Positions 49,952 to 59,333 of a stretch of DNA of 64,000 nucleotides are shown piece by piece; position 1 is the first letter of the stretch; each line of letters begins with the position of its first letter. The DNA is from Desulfobacteraceae bacterium 4572_35.1 (GTDB lineage: Bacteria; Desulfobacterota; Desulfuromonadia; Desulfuromonadales; Desulfuromonadaceae): positions 3,695 to 67,694 of the forward strand of contig NBLX01000005.1 in the NCBI GenBank assembly GCA_002084705.1. The letters are read 5' to 3'. Position numbers and translations under genes: made by a program. A model generated the notes under the pieces. It was given only the letters and a program-made list of their open reading frames with translations. It had not been told where the DNA came from and ran no database searches.

Positions 49952-52900
49952 ATGAATCATATGGTAGCTGCTTTATCGCCGCTTTTGCAGAACGTTGATC
50001 CTGAACAGAAACAGGAATTGGAACGGGTAGTTGCCGAATGTGGTTTTCATGAAGTAGAAAAAACGGCAACCAACCTGTATGAGTTGACTGCTGCGTTGCA
50101 AGATGAGCGGTTGGTTATTGCTGCAGCTCAAACGGCGCTGGAATGTTCCGATCCGGATATGGCGTTGAATGGCCTGGAGAGGTGCTGTGATAACCTTGAT
50201 ATAGCGAATGTTGTTGCAAGTTTATGTCTGCCAAGTTATCGGCGGCAACTGTTGTTGATACTCGGAGCTTCATCTTTCCTCACATCAATTTTATGCCGCA
50301 GTGATAATTATTTAGCTAAGTTGTTTGTCGATGGTGAGGTGGAGCGTAAGAAAGATACCTCCACAATGCGCAGCGAGTTGGAACAGTTGTTGTCGCCTCA
50401 GGCTGATTTTTCTGAGCTGCAACGCTGCCTACGTCGTTTCAAATACAGGGAAGTGTTGCGTATTGCTGCTAGAGATCTCAGTGCGGTTGCCGATCTGGTT
50501 GAGGTGACGGCGGAGCTGTCCAGTCTGGCGGCGGCGACGTTGCAGGTGGCGTGTAGTTATTGCCAAAACCTGATGCAGCAGGAGTATGGTAAACCGTTGT
50601 TGGATGCTGAGTCTGGTGCCCAAGGACAGGAAGCTGTTTTTACTGTGTTGGGAATGGGCAAGCTTGGTGGCTGGGAGCTTAACTTCTCATCGGATATCGA
50701 TCTGATCTATTTTTATTCATCCACAAAAGGTCAAACATCAGGAATATCTGACGGTGCCGGTGGGGTGAAAAATCAACTCGAGCTGCATCAATATTTTATT
50801 AAACTGGCAGAAAAGTTAACCCGTGCCATTGGTCAGGTTACCGAAGATGGCTTTGTCTTTCGTGTTGATCTCGATCTGCGTCCAGAGGGGCGAAGTGGTG
50901 AAATGGCGTGCTCCCTCGCTGCTGCTGAAACCTATTATGAGGGCTGGGGGCAGAACTGGGAGCGTTGCGCTATGATGAAGGCGCGTCCTGTTGCTGGCAG
51001 CATTGAGCTGGGTGAGCAGTTGTTGCAGACGTTGCAGCCATTCATTTATCGGCGTTATCACGATTACGGTATGGTTGAAGATCTGAAGCAGATGAAGCAG
51101 AAGATAGATCATCACCAGAGGGGACAATATGGTGCAAATGAAAATTTAAAGCTGGGCAAAGGGTGTGTGCGTGAAATTGAATTTTTTACTCAGGCGTTAC
51201 AGATGGTTTATGCCGGTAAAAATCCGCAAGTGCGGGAACGTAGCACTTTGAAAGCATTGTTGTTGTTGCGCGATGCTGGTTTTCTTCCAGCCGAAGAGGC
51301 AGAAAATTTGCGCCAGGCGTATATCTTTTTGCGTACCGTTGAGCACCGAATACAGGTTGTTCAAGAGCGTCAGACCCATAATTTGCCAACCTCTCAGCAG
51401 GAGCGTCACACTTTGGCTCGCCGCTGTGGTTTTTCCTCTACTGATGAATTTATGGCTGCCCTTGAACAGCATCGTCAAGCTGTAACTACGATTTATCGCA
51501 GCCTGTTTTATGCTGGTGAAGATGAGGTCGTGGATGAAATAAAACCAGTTGTTCGATTTTTACTCGACGACGAAGGTGATAGCGACCTGGCCAAAGATGT
51601 GTTGGAGGAACACGGATTTCGTGATCCAGATCGTGCTTATGAAATTTTGGTACGTTTGCGCACTGGTCATGTGGGTGCTCACATGACTGCCCAAGTGCGG
51701 CGCCATTTTGAACGTGCTCTTCCTCTCATGATTCAGGAGATACTCGATTCTCCAGAGCCGGACATGGCGCTGAATAATCTCGAAGAATTTCTGTTGCGAG
51801 CCCGCGGTCAGGGGACGTTTTATGTGCTGCTGGCCGAAAATAACCGGATTAATCATCTCCTTGTCGCCCTGTTTGGTACCAGCAAATTTTTATCACATAT
51901 TTTTATTCAGCGACCAGAACTGCTCGATTCCCTGGTCTCTAGTTATTATGTGGTCGGGGCAAAAAGTTTGGACGATATGTGTGCCGATCTCAAGGTGCAG
52001 ATGCAACAGGCTCGCGATTATGAAGATAAACTGGATATTTTACGCCGTTTTCGTAATGAGGAGTTTCTACGTATAGCCCTTAACGATTTGCGTGGCGATG
52101 TATTGCAGGGGCGTAGTTTGGAGCAGTTGAGCTTCCTCGCAATATCTTGTTTGCGTGAAGCTGTAATTATAGCCAGAGACGAATTAATCCACCGCTTTGG
52201 TTTGCCTTTTTGCAAAACAGGATCTGGACAGTGGCGTGAGGCCGAGTTTGCCATTTTGGGGATGGGCAAGTTGGGTGGCATGGAGTTGAACTATCATTCA
52301 GATCTCGATATTATTTTTATGTATAGCGGTCATGGGGAAAATCAACCAATATCCGGTACCGAGGTTGCGCGTTTTAAGCAGCTTACCAATCAGGAATATT
52401 TCTCCAAGTTAGCGCAACGGATAATTTCGGTATTAACTATAGCTACCCGCGAAGGGAGGGTGTACGAGATAGATACTCGCTTGCGTCCATCCGGAAATCA
52501 GGGACCGCTGGTTACCAGTTTGAGCGCATATGAAAATTATCACCAGTCGTCGGCGCAATTGTGGGAGCGCCAGGCCTTGACTAAGGCTAAGGTAGTGGTT
52601 GGTAATCCAATAATAGTTAGGCAGATTAACCAGATCAACAAGCGGATAACTTGGGAGAAACCATTACCAGGGGAACTACAAGCTGAGATATATCGGTTGC
52701 GCGGGCGGATGGAGCGCGAGATAGCCCAGGAGAGCACAGAGAAGGTTAATATTAAAACCGGACGCGGTGGAATGGTAGATGTCGAGTTTTTGGTGCAGTA
52801 TCTGCAGCTGTTGCATGGCGCCGAATTTGAGAAAATTAGACTGCCTAACACGTTAGAGGCGCTGCGGGCAATAAAAAATCAGGGTTTGTTGCCAATTGAT

Positions 52901-53149
52901 GAAGCAGATGCACTTAATGATGGCTACAAGTTTTTACGCCGCTTGGAAAATAAACTACGCCTGATTCACGACCAGTCCTTTAATCAACTAGAAACCGATA
53001 GACGTACACTGCGTAAGTTGGCACTTCATCTCGGCTACAGTGGACAAACAGCAAAACCGGAGCAGCAATTGGCGGCAGATTATAAGGGAATTACAGAGCG
53101 GATTCGTGAAATATTTGATAGTTACTTGATGCCAACGGATGGTTGTTGA
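49952..53149 (+). CDS. glnE: Bifunctional glutamine synthetase adenylyltransferase/deadenylase
   Basis: Two GMGKLGGxELNxxSDxD nucleotidyltransferase domains. Confidence 0.96.
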   Translation: MNHMVAALSPLLQNVDPEQKQELERVVAECGFHEVEKTATNLYELTAALQDERLVIAAAQTALECSDPDMALNGLERCCDNLDIANVVASLCLPSYRRQLLLILGASSFLTSILCRSDNYLAKLFVDGEVERKKDTSTMRSELEQLLSPQADFSELQRCLRRFKYREVLRIAARDLSAVADLVEVTAELSSLAAATLQVACSYCQNLMQQEYGKPLLDAESGAQGQEAVFTVLGMGKLGGWELNFSSDIDLIYFYSSTKGQTSGISDGAGGVKNQLELHQYFIKLAEKLTRAIGQVTEDGFVFRVDLDLRPEGRSGEMACSLAAAETYYEGWGQNWERCAMMKARPVAGSIELGEQLLQTLQPFIYRRYHDYGMVEDLKQMKQKIDHHQRGQYGANENLKLGKGCVREIEFFTQALQMVYAGKNPQVRERSTLKALLLLRDAGFLPAEEAENLRQAYIFLRTVEHRIQVVQERQTHNLPTSQQERHTLARRCGFSSTDEFMAALEQHRQAVTTIYRSLFYAGEDEVVDEIKPVVRFLLDDEGDSDLAKDVLEEHGFRDPDRAYEILVRLRTGHVGAHMTAQVRRHFERALPLMIQEILDSPEPDMALNNLEEFLLRARGQGTFYVLLAENNRINHLLVALFGTSKFLSHIFIQRPELLDSLVSSYYVVGAKSLDDMCADLKVQMQQARDYEDKLDILRRFRNEEFLRIALNDLRGDVLQGRSLEQLSFLAISCLREAVIIARDELIHRFGLPFCKTGSGQWREAEFAILGMGKLGGMELNYHSDLDIIFMYSGHGENQPISGTEVARFKQLTNQEYFSKLAQRIISVLTIATREGRVYEIDTRLRPSGNQGPLVTSLSAYENYHQSSAQLWERQALTKAKVVVGNPIIVRQINQINKRITWEKPLPGELQAEIYRLRGRMEREIAQESTEKVNIKTGRGGMVDVEFLVQYLQLLHGAEFEKIRLPNTLEALRAIKNQGLLPIDEADALNDGYKFLRRLENKLRLIHDQSFNQLETDRRTLRKLALHLGYSGQTAKPEQQLAADYKGITERIREIFDSYLMPTDGC

Positions 53150-53170
53150 TGTCGTTGCAACGCAGCAAAT

Positions 53171-53199
53171 TTGACTTTCATTACTGGTTCTGCTAGTTT
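53171..53199 (+). promoter_or_regulatory. sigma70 promoter with extended -10
   Basis: TTGACT-N17-TAGTTT preceded by TG. Confidence 0.6.
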
Positions 53200-53229
53200 G
53201 CTGCGATAAGTGGCGGCGTTCTGCCAGAA

Positions 53230-53357
53230 CGTTCCGACCATAGACCCGCTTGTGAGGTGGACCAAGTAGACCAGTTCTGCTCGGGACGAACCCTCTCTCT
53301 CTGGAGCAGCACCGGCTTAAAGTGGTCCACTTTAAGATTGGGTGCGGGTGGCTCCAT
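53230..53357 (+). ncRNA. Candidate structured RNA (nested stems with internal loops), family unassigned
   Basis: ACCCGC/GCGGGT, GTGGACCA/TGGTCCAC, CTGCTC/GAGCAG and GGG/CCC nested pairings; GC-rich island in an AT-rich spacer. Confidence 0.5.
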
Positions 53358-53619
53358 CTCGATAAAAATAATTGTTTCGCAGTCTGAGTGCAGGTTGTAC
53401 TCGCCCCATTAGGTTTCTGATCTCTTTGTTGATGTTGGGAATTGTCAGTATCTTTCTCCATTCTTTTTTATTTAATGAGAAAAGTTCCTGCCTCTGAGTT
53501 TTTACCTGTACGGCAAAAGTTTTATTTGCTTTTACAGTGTAACTATTGTGCTGCAATATTTTTTGCAGTTATTCATAAGGTTTAATATGAAAAATAGTAT
53601 AAAAAAGGAGTCTTAATAA

Positions 53620-54873
53620 ATGGACAGCAGTCCTGAAAAAATAGTACCGAAGATGCAAGTGCGTAATCTATACAAGGTTTTTGGCTCTGCTCCAGATGAA
53701 GCTATCGAGATGTTAAAGCAGGGAGCAGCTAAAGACGAAATCCTGGAAAAAACCAGACAAAGTGTCGGTTTGGCTGATGTCAGCTTTGACGTCTATGATG
53801 GTGAGATCCTAGTCATTATGGGTCTTTCTGGAAGCGGTAAATCCACTTTGGTTCGTTGCCTGAATCGCCTGATTGAACCAACCAGTGGAACTATCACTAT
53901 AGATGATTGTGATATCACTCGTTTGAACAGTGAGGGATTACGCAATCTGCGTCGTAAAAAGTTTGGCATGGTTTTTCAACATTTTGCTTTGTTTCCCCAT
54001 CGAACAGTACAGGAAAATGCAGAGTTTGGTCTTGACGTACAAGGGATGGAAGCGGGAGAACGTGCCGAAAAAGCTCGTGAGGCTCTAAAGCAGGTTGGTC
54101 TAGAAGGTTGGGAAGATAGCTATCCAGATCAACTTTCTGGTGGTATGCAACAGCGGGTAGGTTTGGCGCGTGGGTTGGCGGTAGATCCCGACATTTTACT
54201 TATGGACGAGGCGTTCAGTGCTCTCGACCCTTTGATCCGTCGTGACATGCAGCATGAACTTGTTGAATTACAGGATAAATTTAAAAAAACCATAATATTC
54301 ATAACCCACGATCTAGATGAAGCACTAGAGATTGGAGATCGTATCATTCTTATGAAAGATGGGCATATTGTCCAGTTGGGGACAGCTGAAGAGATATTGA
54401 CCCAGCCAGCTAATGAATATGTCTCCCGTTTTGTCGAAAGTGTCGATATGACCAAGATACTCACAGCCAGTGCAGTGATGGTGCGGGCGAAAACAGTAGC
54501 TTATCCCAAAGATGGGTTGCACACCATGTTGCGTAAAATGCGCGACGTGGGGATAAGCTCAATTTTTGTGGTTAATCGCGACAAAACACTGCGTGGTTTG
54601 GTGACAGCGCAGGCGTGTAATGATGCTTTGAAGTCTGGTACCAAGACTATAGATGACATACTGGTTGAGGATCTTCCGACAACCACGCCTGATGAGCCTG
54701 TTACCAATCTTATTGGTCGCATGGCCGAAGCTAATATGCCCTTACCAGTAGTCAGCGTAGATGGTAAGTTGCATGGTGTGGTGGTTCGTGGTTCCCTGCT
54801 GGCAGGAATTGCCGATGGTGGTTTTGACCCGGAAGTGGCAATGGAGAATTGCAGTGACGAGGTGGCGCAATGA
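53620..54873 (+). CDS. proV: Glycine betaine/proline ABC transporter ATPase with CBS domains
   Basis: GLSGSGKS, LSGGMQQR, DEAFSALDPLIR. Confidence 0.94.
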   Translation: MDSSPEKIVPKMQVRNLYKVFGSAPDEAIEMLKQGAAKDEILEKTRQSVGLADVSFDVYDGEILVIMGLSGSGKSTLVRCLNRLIEPTSGTITIDDCDITRLNSEGLRNLRRKKFGMVFQHFALFPHRTVQENAEFGLDVQGMEAGERAEKAREALKQVGLEGWEDSYPDQLSGGMQQRVGLARGLAVDPDILLMDEAFSALDPLIRRDMQHELVELQDKFKKTIIFITHDLDEALEIGDRIILMKDGHIVQLGTAEEILTQPANEYVSRFVESVDMTKILTASAVMVRAKTVAYPKDGLHTMLRKMRDVGISSIFVVNRDKTLRGLVTAQACNDALKSGTKTIDDILVEDLPTTTPDEPVTNLIGRMAEANMPLPVVSVDGKLHGVVVRGSLLAGIADGGFDPEVAMENCSDEVAQ

Positions 54874-55706
54874 ATATTTCTAAATTTCCATTAGCGAAAT
54901 ATATTGATACCCTCCTGGATTTTTTAACTGACCACCTGGCATGGTTTACCAAGGGTATCAGTGAGGTAATGAGCACTGGAATGGATTATGCCGTTGATGC
55001 TCTGCTTGCGCTGCCGAGTTGGTTGTTTATTCTTATTGTTGCTGCGCTTGCCTACAAAGTTGTTGGCAAGAGGATGGCGTTGGGGACTCTGCTGGGGCTC
55101 TGTTTTCTTGAAAATTTACATTTGTGGGTGCCAACAATCGAGACTTTGGTGCTGGTGCTTATTGCTACCATTGTTGCGGTCGCTATTGGAATTCCGTTGG
55201 GTATTTTGGCGGCAATTTTTGATGGCGCTCATCGGGTAATTATGCCATTGCTCGACTTTATGCAAACCATGCCAGCCTTCGTTTATCTAATTCCGGCGAT
55301 CCCGTTTTTTGGTCTGGGTCCCGTTGCGGCTATTTTTTCTACGGTAATTTTTGCCATGCCGCCGGCGATTCGTCTTACTAGCTTGGGGATACGTCAGGTA
55401 CCAGCAGATTTGGTAGAAGCTGCGGATGCCTATGGCTGCGATCGACGGCAAAAATTATTGAAATTGCAATTACCCATAGCTTTACCCACCATCATGGCAG
55501 GAGTTAATCAGACCATCATGTTGGCGCTGTCAATGGTTGTCATCGCTGCTATGATCGGTGCTGGTGGTTTAGGGGGCGAAGTGTGGAAGGCTATACAGCG
55601 CCTGCAACCTGGTAAAGGATTTGAAGCGGGGATTGGTATCGTTATCCTGGCGATGATTCTCGACCGTTTTACTAGCAAAGTTGGGCGCGGTAAGGTTGCT
55701 GAATAG
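54870..55706 (+). CDS. proW: Glycine betaine/proline ABC transporter permease
   Basis: LDFMQTMPAFVYLIP, GVNQTIMLALSMVV. Confidence 0.94.
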   Translation: MNISKFPLAKYIDTLLDFLTDHLAWFTKGISEVMSTGMDYAVDALLALPSWLFILIVAALAYKVVGKRMALGTLLGLCFLENLHLWVPTIETLVLVLIATIVAVAIGIPLGILAAIFDGAHRVIMPLLDFMQTMPAFVYLIPAIPFFGLGPVAAIFSTVIFAMPPAIRLTSLGIRQVPADLVEAADAYGCDRRQKLLKLQLPIALPTIMAGVNQTIMLALSMVVIAAMIGAGGLGGEVWKAIQRLQPGKGFEAGIGIVILAMILDRFTSKVGRGKVAE

Positions 55707-55729
55707 TTTTAATTTTAAGGAGAAGTGAG

Positions 55730-56599
55730 ATGAGTAAACGTAGAGGAACGATTGTTGCTGGTTTATGTCTGCTGCTGATTATGGTAGCTGGAGTGTGTGT
55801 ACAACCGGCTCAGGCAAGTAAAGGTAAGGTGAAGCTGGTTTATGTTGAGTGGTCGTGTGCCACGGCGTCTGCCAATGTTGTCAAGGCGGTACTGGAAGAG
55901 AAACTTGGCTATGATGTGAAATTGATTCCCGTTGCTGCGGCTGCCATGTGGCAAGCGGTAGCTACTGGAGCCGCTGATGGCTTTACCACTGCATGGTTGC
56001 CAACAACCCATGCTACCTATCTGGATGGGGTAAAAGACGAGGTTGAAGATCTTGGCCCCAACCTTGAGGGGACAAAGATTGGTCTCGTTGTTCCAGATTA
56101 TGTAAGCATAGATTCAATTGACCAGATGAAGGATAACAAGAAGAAGTTTCGTGGTCGTATCGTGGGGATAGATCCCGGTGCCGGCATAATGATGAAAACT
56201 GAAAAAGCTATCGAAGATTATCAGCTCACCCGTTTTCGCTTGATAGAGGGTTCTGGTGCGACTATGACGGCGGCGCTCAAAGATGCCATCCGCAACAAGG
56301 AATGGATTGCGGTAACTGGTTGGACACCACACTGGATGTTTGGTCGTTGGCAGCTCAAGTATTTGAGTGATCCGCAAAATGTTTATGGTGGAGCTGAATT
56401 TATTAACACCATCGTGCGCAAGGGCTTAAAAGAGGATATGCCTGAGGTGTATGCGGTGCTGGATAATTTCCACTGGACTCCGGCTGAGCTGCAGCAGGTT
56501 ATGGGTATGAATCAGCAGGAGGATAGCCAACCATACGAAAACGCCAAGCGCTGGGTTAACGAGCATCCAGAATTGGTGAATAGCTGGCTGGCTAAATAG
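55730..56599 (+). CDS. proX: Glycine betaine ABC transporter substrate-binding protein (OpuAC-like)
   Basis: AWLPTTH, GIDPGAG, GWTPHWMF. Confidence 0.92.
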   Translation: MSKRRGTIVAGLCLLLIMVAGVCVQPAQASKGKVKLVYVEWSCATASANVVKAVLEEKLGYDVKLIPVAAAAMWQAVATGAADGFTTAWLPTTHATYLDGVKDEVEDLGPNLEGTKIGLVVPDYVSIDSIDQMKDNKKKFRGRIVGIDPGAGIMMKTEKAIEDYQLTRFRLIEGSGATMTAALKDAIRNKEWIAVTGWTPHWMFGRWQLKYLSDPQNVYGGAEFINTIVRKGLKEDMPEVYAVLDNFHWTPAELQQVMGMNQQEDSQPYENAKRWVNEHPELVNSWLAK

Positions 56600-56788
56600 G
56601 TTTAGTAAGCTTACCTTCTGTTCAGACAACACTGTTATCGTTCTTGATGACTTTGATATGATTTTCTCCGCCGGGGAAAGACCGTTCTGGATAACGAGCG
56701 TATTACCCGCTTTAATGTCAATTTTGGTTATTATTTCTAACCTGTTTCTCCTCCACTCTGTGTCAATAGGGGCAGAGTGGAGGATGGG

Positions 56789-57544
56789 TCAAAATTCTTT
56801 CAAATTTTTATCCAGTAGGTGGCGTGGTTGCACGTTGCTCATGGCGCCGATAAGACTTTGTTTCAAGTGCGGATTCTCTGCACTTAACTCCTCCAGTATC
56901 CGTTTTATTCGTTGCCGTTTTTGATCTTTGCGTGCCAGGGATGGGCAGCTACAATCAATTAAGGGTATTTTCTTTAGGTGTGACCACTCGGTTATCATTT
57001 TTTCTTCCACGTACACAAGGGGGCGAATGACGGTGTGTTTGCCGTTGTCTGCTTGTAGTTTTGGGCTCATTCCAGCAATGCTGCCAGAATAAAACTGATT
57101 GAGTAACAGGGTTTCAATGTGGTCGTCCAGATGATGCCCCAGGGCTATTTTGCTGCATTTGAGTCGGCTGGCGCAGGTGTATAGTGCTCCACGGCGTAAA
57201 CGGGCGCAGAAGGCGCAATATGACGATCCTGGGCGCAGGTTAGCCGCAATTATTTCATTGGCATTGGTAACTTCGGTATGGGGAGTTAATCCAAGTGTTT
57301 TGATCTGTTTATCTATGGTGTCAGTATCAAAGCCAGTAAAACCGGGGTCGATGGTTACCGGTATCAATTCATACCTTATCGGAGCGCGACGAGATAACTC
57401 TTGCAGCACATGCAGCAGCGCCCATGAATCTTTGCCGCCCGATACAGCTACTAAGATGCGATCATTATCCTCAATCAGGTTAAATTCACCAATGGCCTGT
57501 CCGGTCAATCTTTTTATCCGTTTGAAAAGTCTCTGTTCTTCCAT
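56789..57544 (-). CDS. ttcA: tRNA 2-thiocytidine(32) synthetase
   Basis: SGGKDS PP-loop, CAFCARLRRG, GHHLDD, CSC. Confidence 0.93.
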   Translation of the reverse strand: MEEQRLFKRIKRLTGQAIGEFNLIEDNDRILVAVSGGKDSWALLHVLQELSRRAPIRYELIPVTIDPGFTGFDTDTIDKQIKTLGLTPHTEVTNANEIIAANLRPGSSYCAFCARLRRGALYTCASRLKCSKIALGHHLDDHIETLLLNQFYSGSIAGMSPKLQADNGKHTVIRPLVYVEEKMITEWSHLKKIPLIDCSCPSLARKDQKRQRIKRILEELSAENPHLKQSLIGAMSNVQPRHLLDKNLKEF

Positions 57545-57660
57545 GATTCAGTTCTTATTGTGGGATGTAAAACGTGCTGAATAGATGCAAGTGCGAATTG
57601 TAACAGGGATGGCGAGTTCAGTGGATATTAGTTTTGCTGAGGAAAGCAAATCAGAAAAGA

Positions 57661-57690
57661 AAAAGAGGTCGATCTAACGACCGACCTCTT
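57661..57690 (-). terminator. Intrinsic terminator after the selenoprotein gene
   Basis: AAGAGGTCG...CGACCTCTT with U-run on the minus strand. Confidence 0.7.
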
Positions 57691-57722
57691 AATATGGTTG
57701 CTTTACCAAGTATTATGTTGAA

Positions 57723-59114
57723 CTACTTGGGATTGCCTGAACGGTAAGTGGTCGGCTTGGATTTTTTATCCAGACTGATCGTTTCTTCCCACTCGTTCCA
57801 CAGAACTGCGCCATCCATGGTGCCGAAAGGTTTATACCAAAGTTCAACGGTTACGTCCATCTCACGCTCTTCGGCAACTTGTTTGCCATCAGCGCCTTTT
57901 TCAGTAACCGGGTAGAAGATGTCGAAACGCTCTTCAACTTCTTTACCTGGGGCAAGACCGGTATCCTCTACGATAGAACTCTTCTCGTAGGGACCACGAC
58001 CCATATTGTTACCACGTGCCATCAACTTGGGTGTTGGCATGTAGATAATTTCTTCTTCAAATAACTCATCGTCTTCTTCAGTTTCCGCTTTTACCGACAG
58101 AACCAGTCGGTTAGGGGTCGGTCAGCCATCAGGGATAGAGTGACCGGAGCGGTTAACCATTTTTACTTTGACAACGGCTTTTGGTTTGAGAGTGCTGCCG
58201 TCTAACCATTGAGATACATAGCTTTCAACTTTGAAGTCAATTGCCATCTTCTGCATGGTCTCGTCGCTGTAGCTGAGAATTTTATGTCCGAGGCCACTTT
58301 TCTCCATGTGACATTCCTGACAGCTTTCTTGACCACCTTCGGCACGGTAGGCCCACATGTAGCTACCGTAAGCGGTTGCACATTGTGTCGGGTTTTCCAA
58401 CTCCAGGTTGGGTCCCATACCGTGACATTGACCACAGAAAATTGATTCGTCCATAATGAGGCTGCGCTTCATTTTGGTGAAAGTCTCATCTTCGTGTTCG
58501 CCGTCGTTGAAGCCATATACGGTATCGTGTTGCGGATAGCCGTCGGTCCACTTGTGGGTGATTGCCATACGGTTGTGGCACACCAGGCAGTTGATGTTAA
58601 GGCTGGTAAGGGTTTTCTGGTGCTTGTCGCGTATTGCGATAGCTTTTTTGTCATCAGGATTTTTAAGGGCTTTTTTCGCATTGGCGTACCACTCATTCAG
58701 GGTGTCGGCCAATTCAACAGCTACTTCGTCGGTGGCATCTGCCAACTGTGGCAGATGGCACTTCATGCAGCCCATCCAGTGTTCAACTTTTATGTCTTTA
58801 GTGCTTTTAACTCCAGAGTATTCCCATGACATAAAACCATTTTTCATGGCGGTGATCATGGTTGCTGCGGCACGACCAGTGCCGTAGATAGAGCGGGCAT
58901 GCGGTGAAGCCGCCCAATCGTCGTGAGCATCTTCATGGCAGTCGATACAGCCGGTTGAATCGTACATGTCGATCAACTCTTGGACTGTTTTAGCTTTGCC
59001 CTTGGTGCCGACAATTGTGCCGTCGCGACCAACGCCGGCGCCAATGGCAAATGCCATCGTAGCACTGAGCAGTAAAGCTAAAGCAGCAACGCCGATAACT
59101 TTAAATTGTTTCAT
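57723..59114 (-). CDS. extKL: ExtKL-like pentaheme cytochrome c selenoprotein, 463 aa with Sec at the UGA 58122-58124
   Basis: Five CxxCH motifs; HSIPDG-UGA-PTPNRLVLSV runs in frame into the 57723-58040 ORF; SECIS-like hairpin follows. Confidence 0.88.
58093..58121 (-). promoter_or_regulatory. Bacterial SECIS-like element
   Basis: UGA, then CCGACCCCUA, then ACCGAC-UGGUUCU-GUCGGU (6-bp stem, G-containing loop). Confidence 0.75.
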
Positions 59115-59333
59115 CGCTATATCCTATTGTTTAGGTGGAAAAATAAGCCCCTGATGAGAATCAGGAGCTTATTTTCTGTTGCTATCTAATGCCATCTGTT
59201 TTCTCCTTGCGTTTGTCAATGAAAATGAACAAATAAAAAAGGTAAGTACGTTTTTGGTCTCCTGTCCAGCTGGACAAGAGACCAAAATGTTAAATGCGAA
59301 TAATATTATATACAGATAATATATTCTTGTCTA

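Noticed and set aside
53230-53357. Assignment as 6S RNA, c-di-AMP (ydaO) riboswitch, SRP, tmRNA or tRNA-Sec
   Set aside because: None of the diagnostic motifs I know for these families is present; kept only as an unassigned structured RNA
52988-53556. Minus-strand ORFs of 157 and 74 aa over the glnE-proV spacer
   Set aside because: No recognisable motifs; one overlaps glnE antisense; not transposase-like
57723-58040. 105-aa ORF as an independent gene
   Set aside because: In frame with the upstream cytochrome through a UGA with a SECIS-like hairpin; treated as the selenoprotein C-terminus
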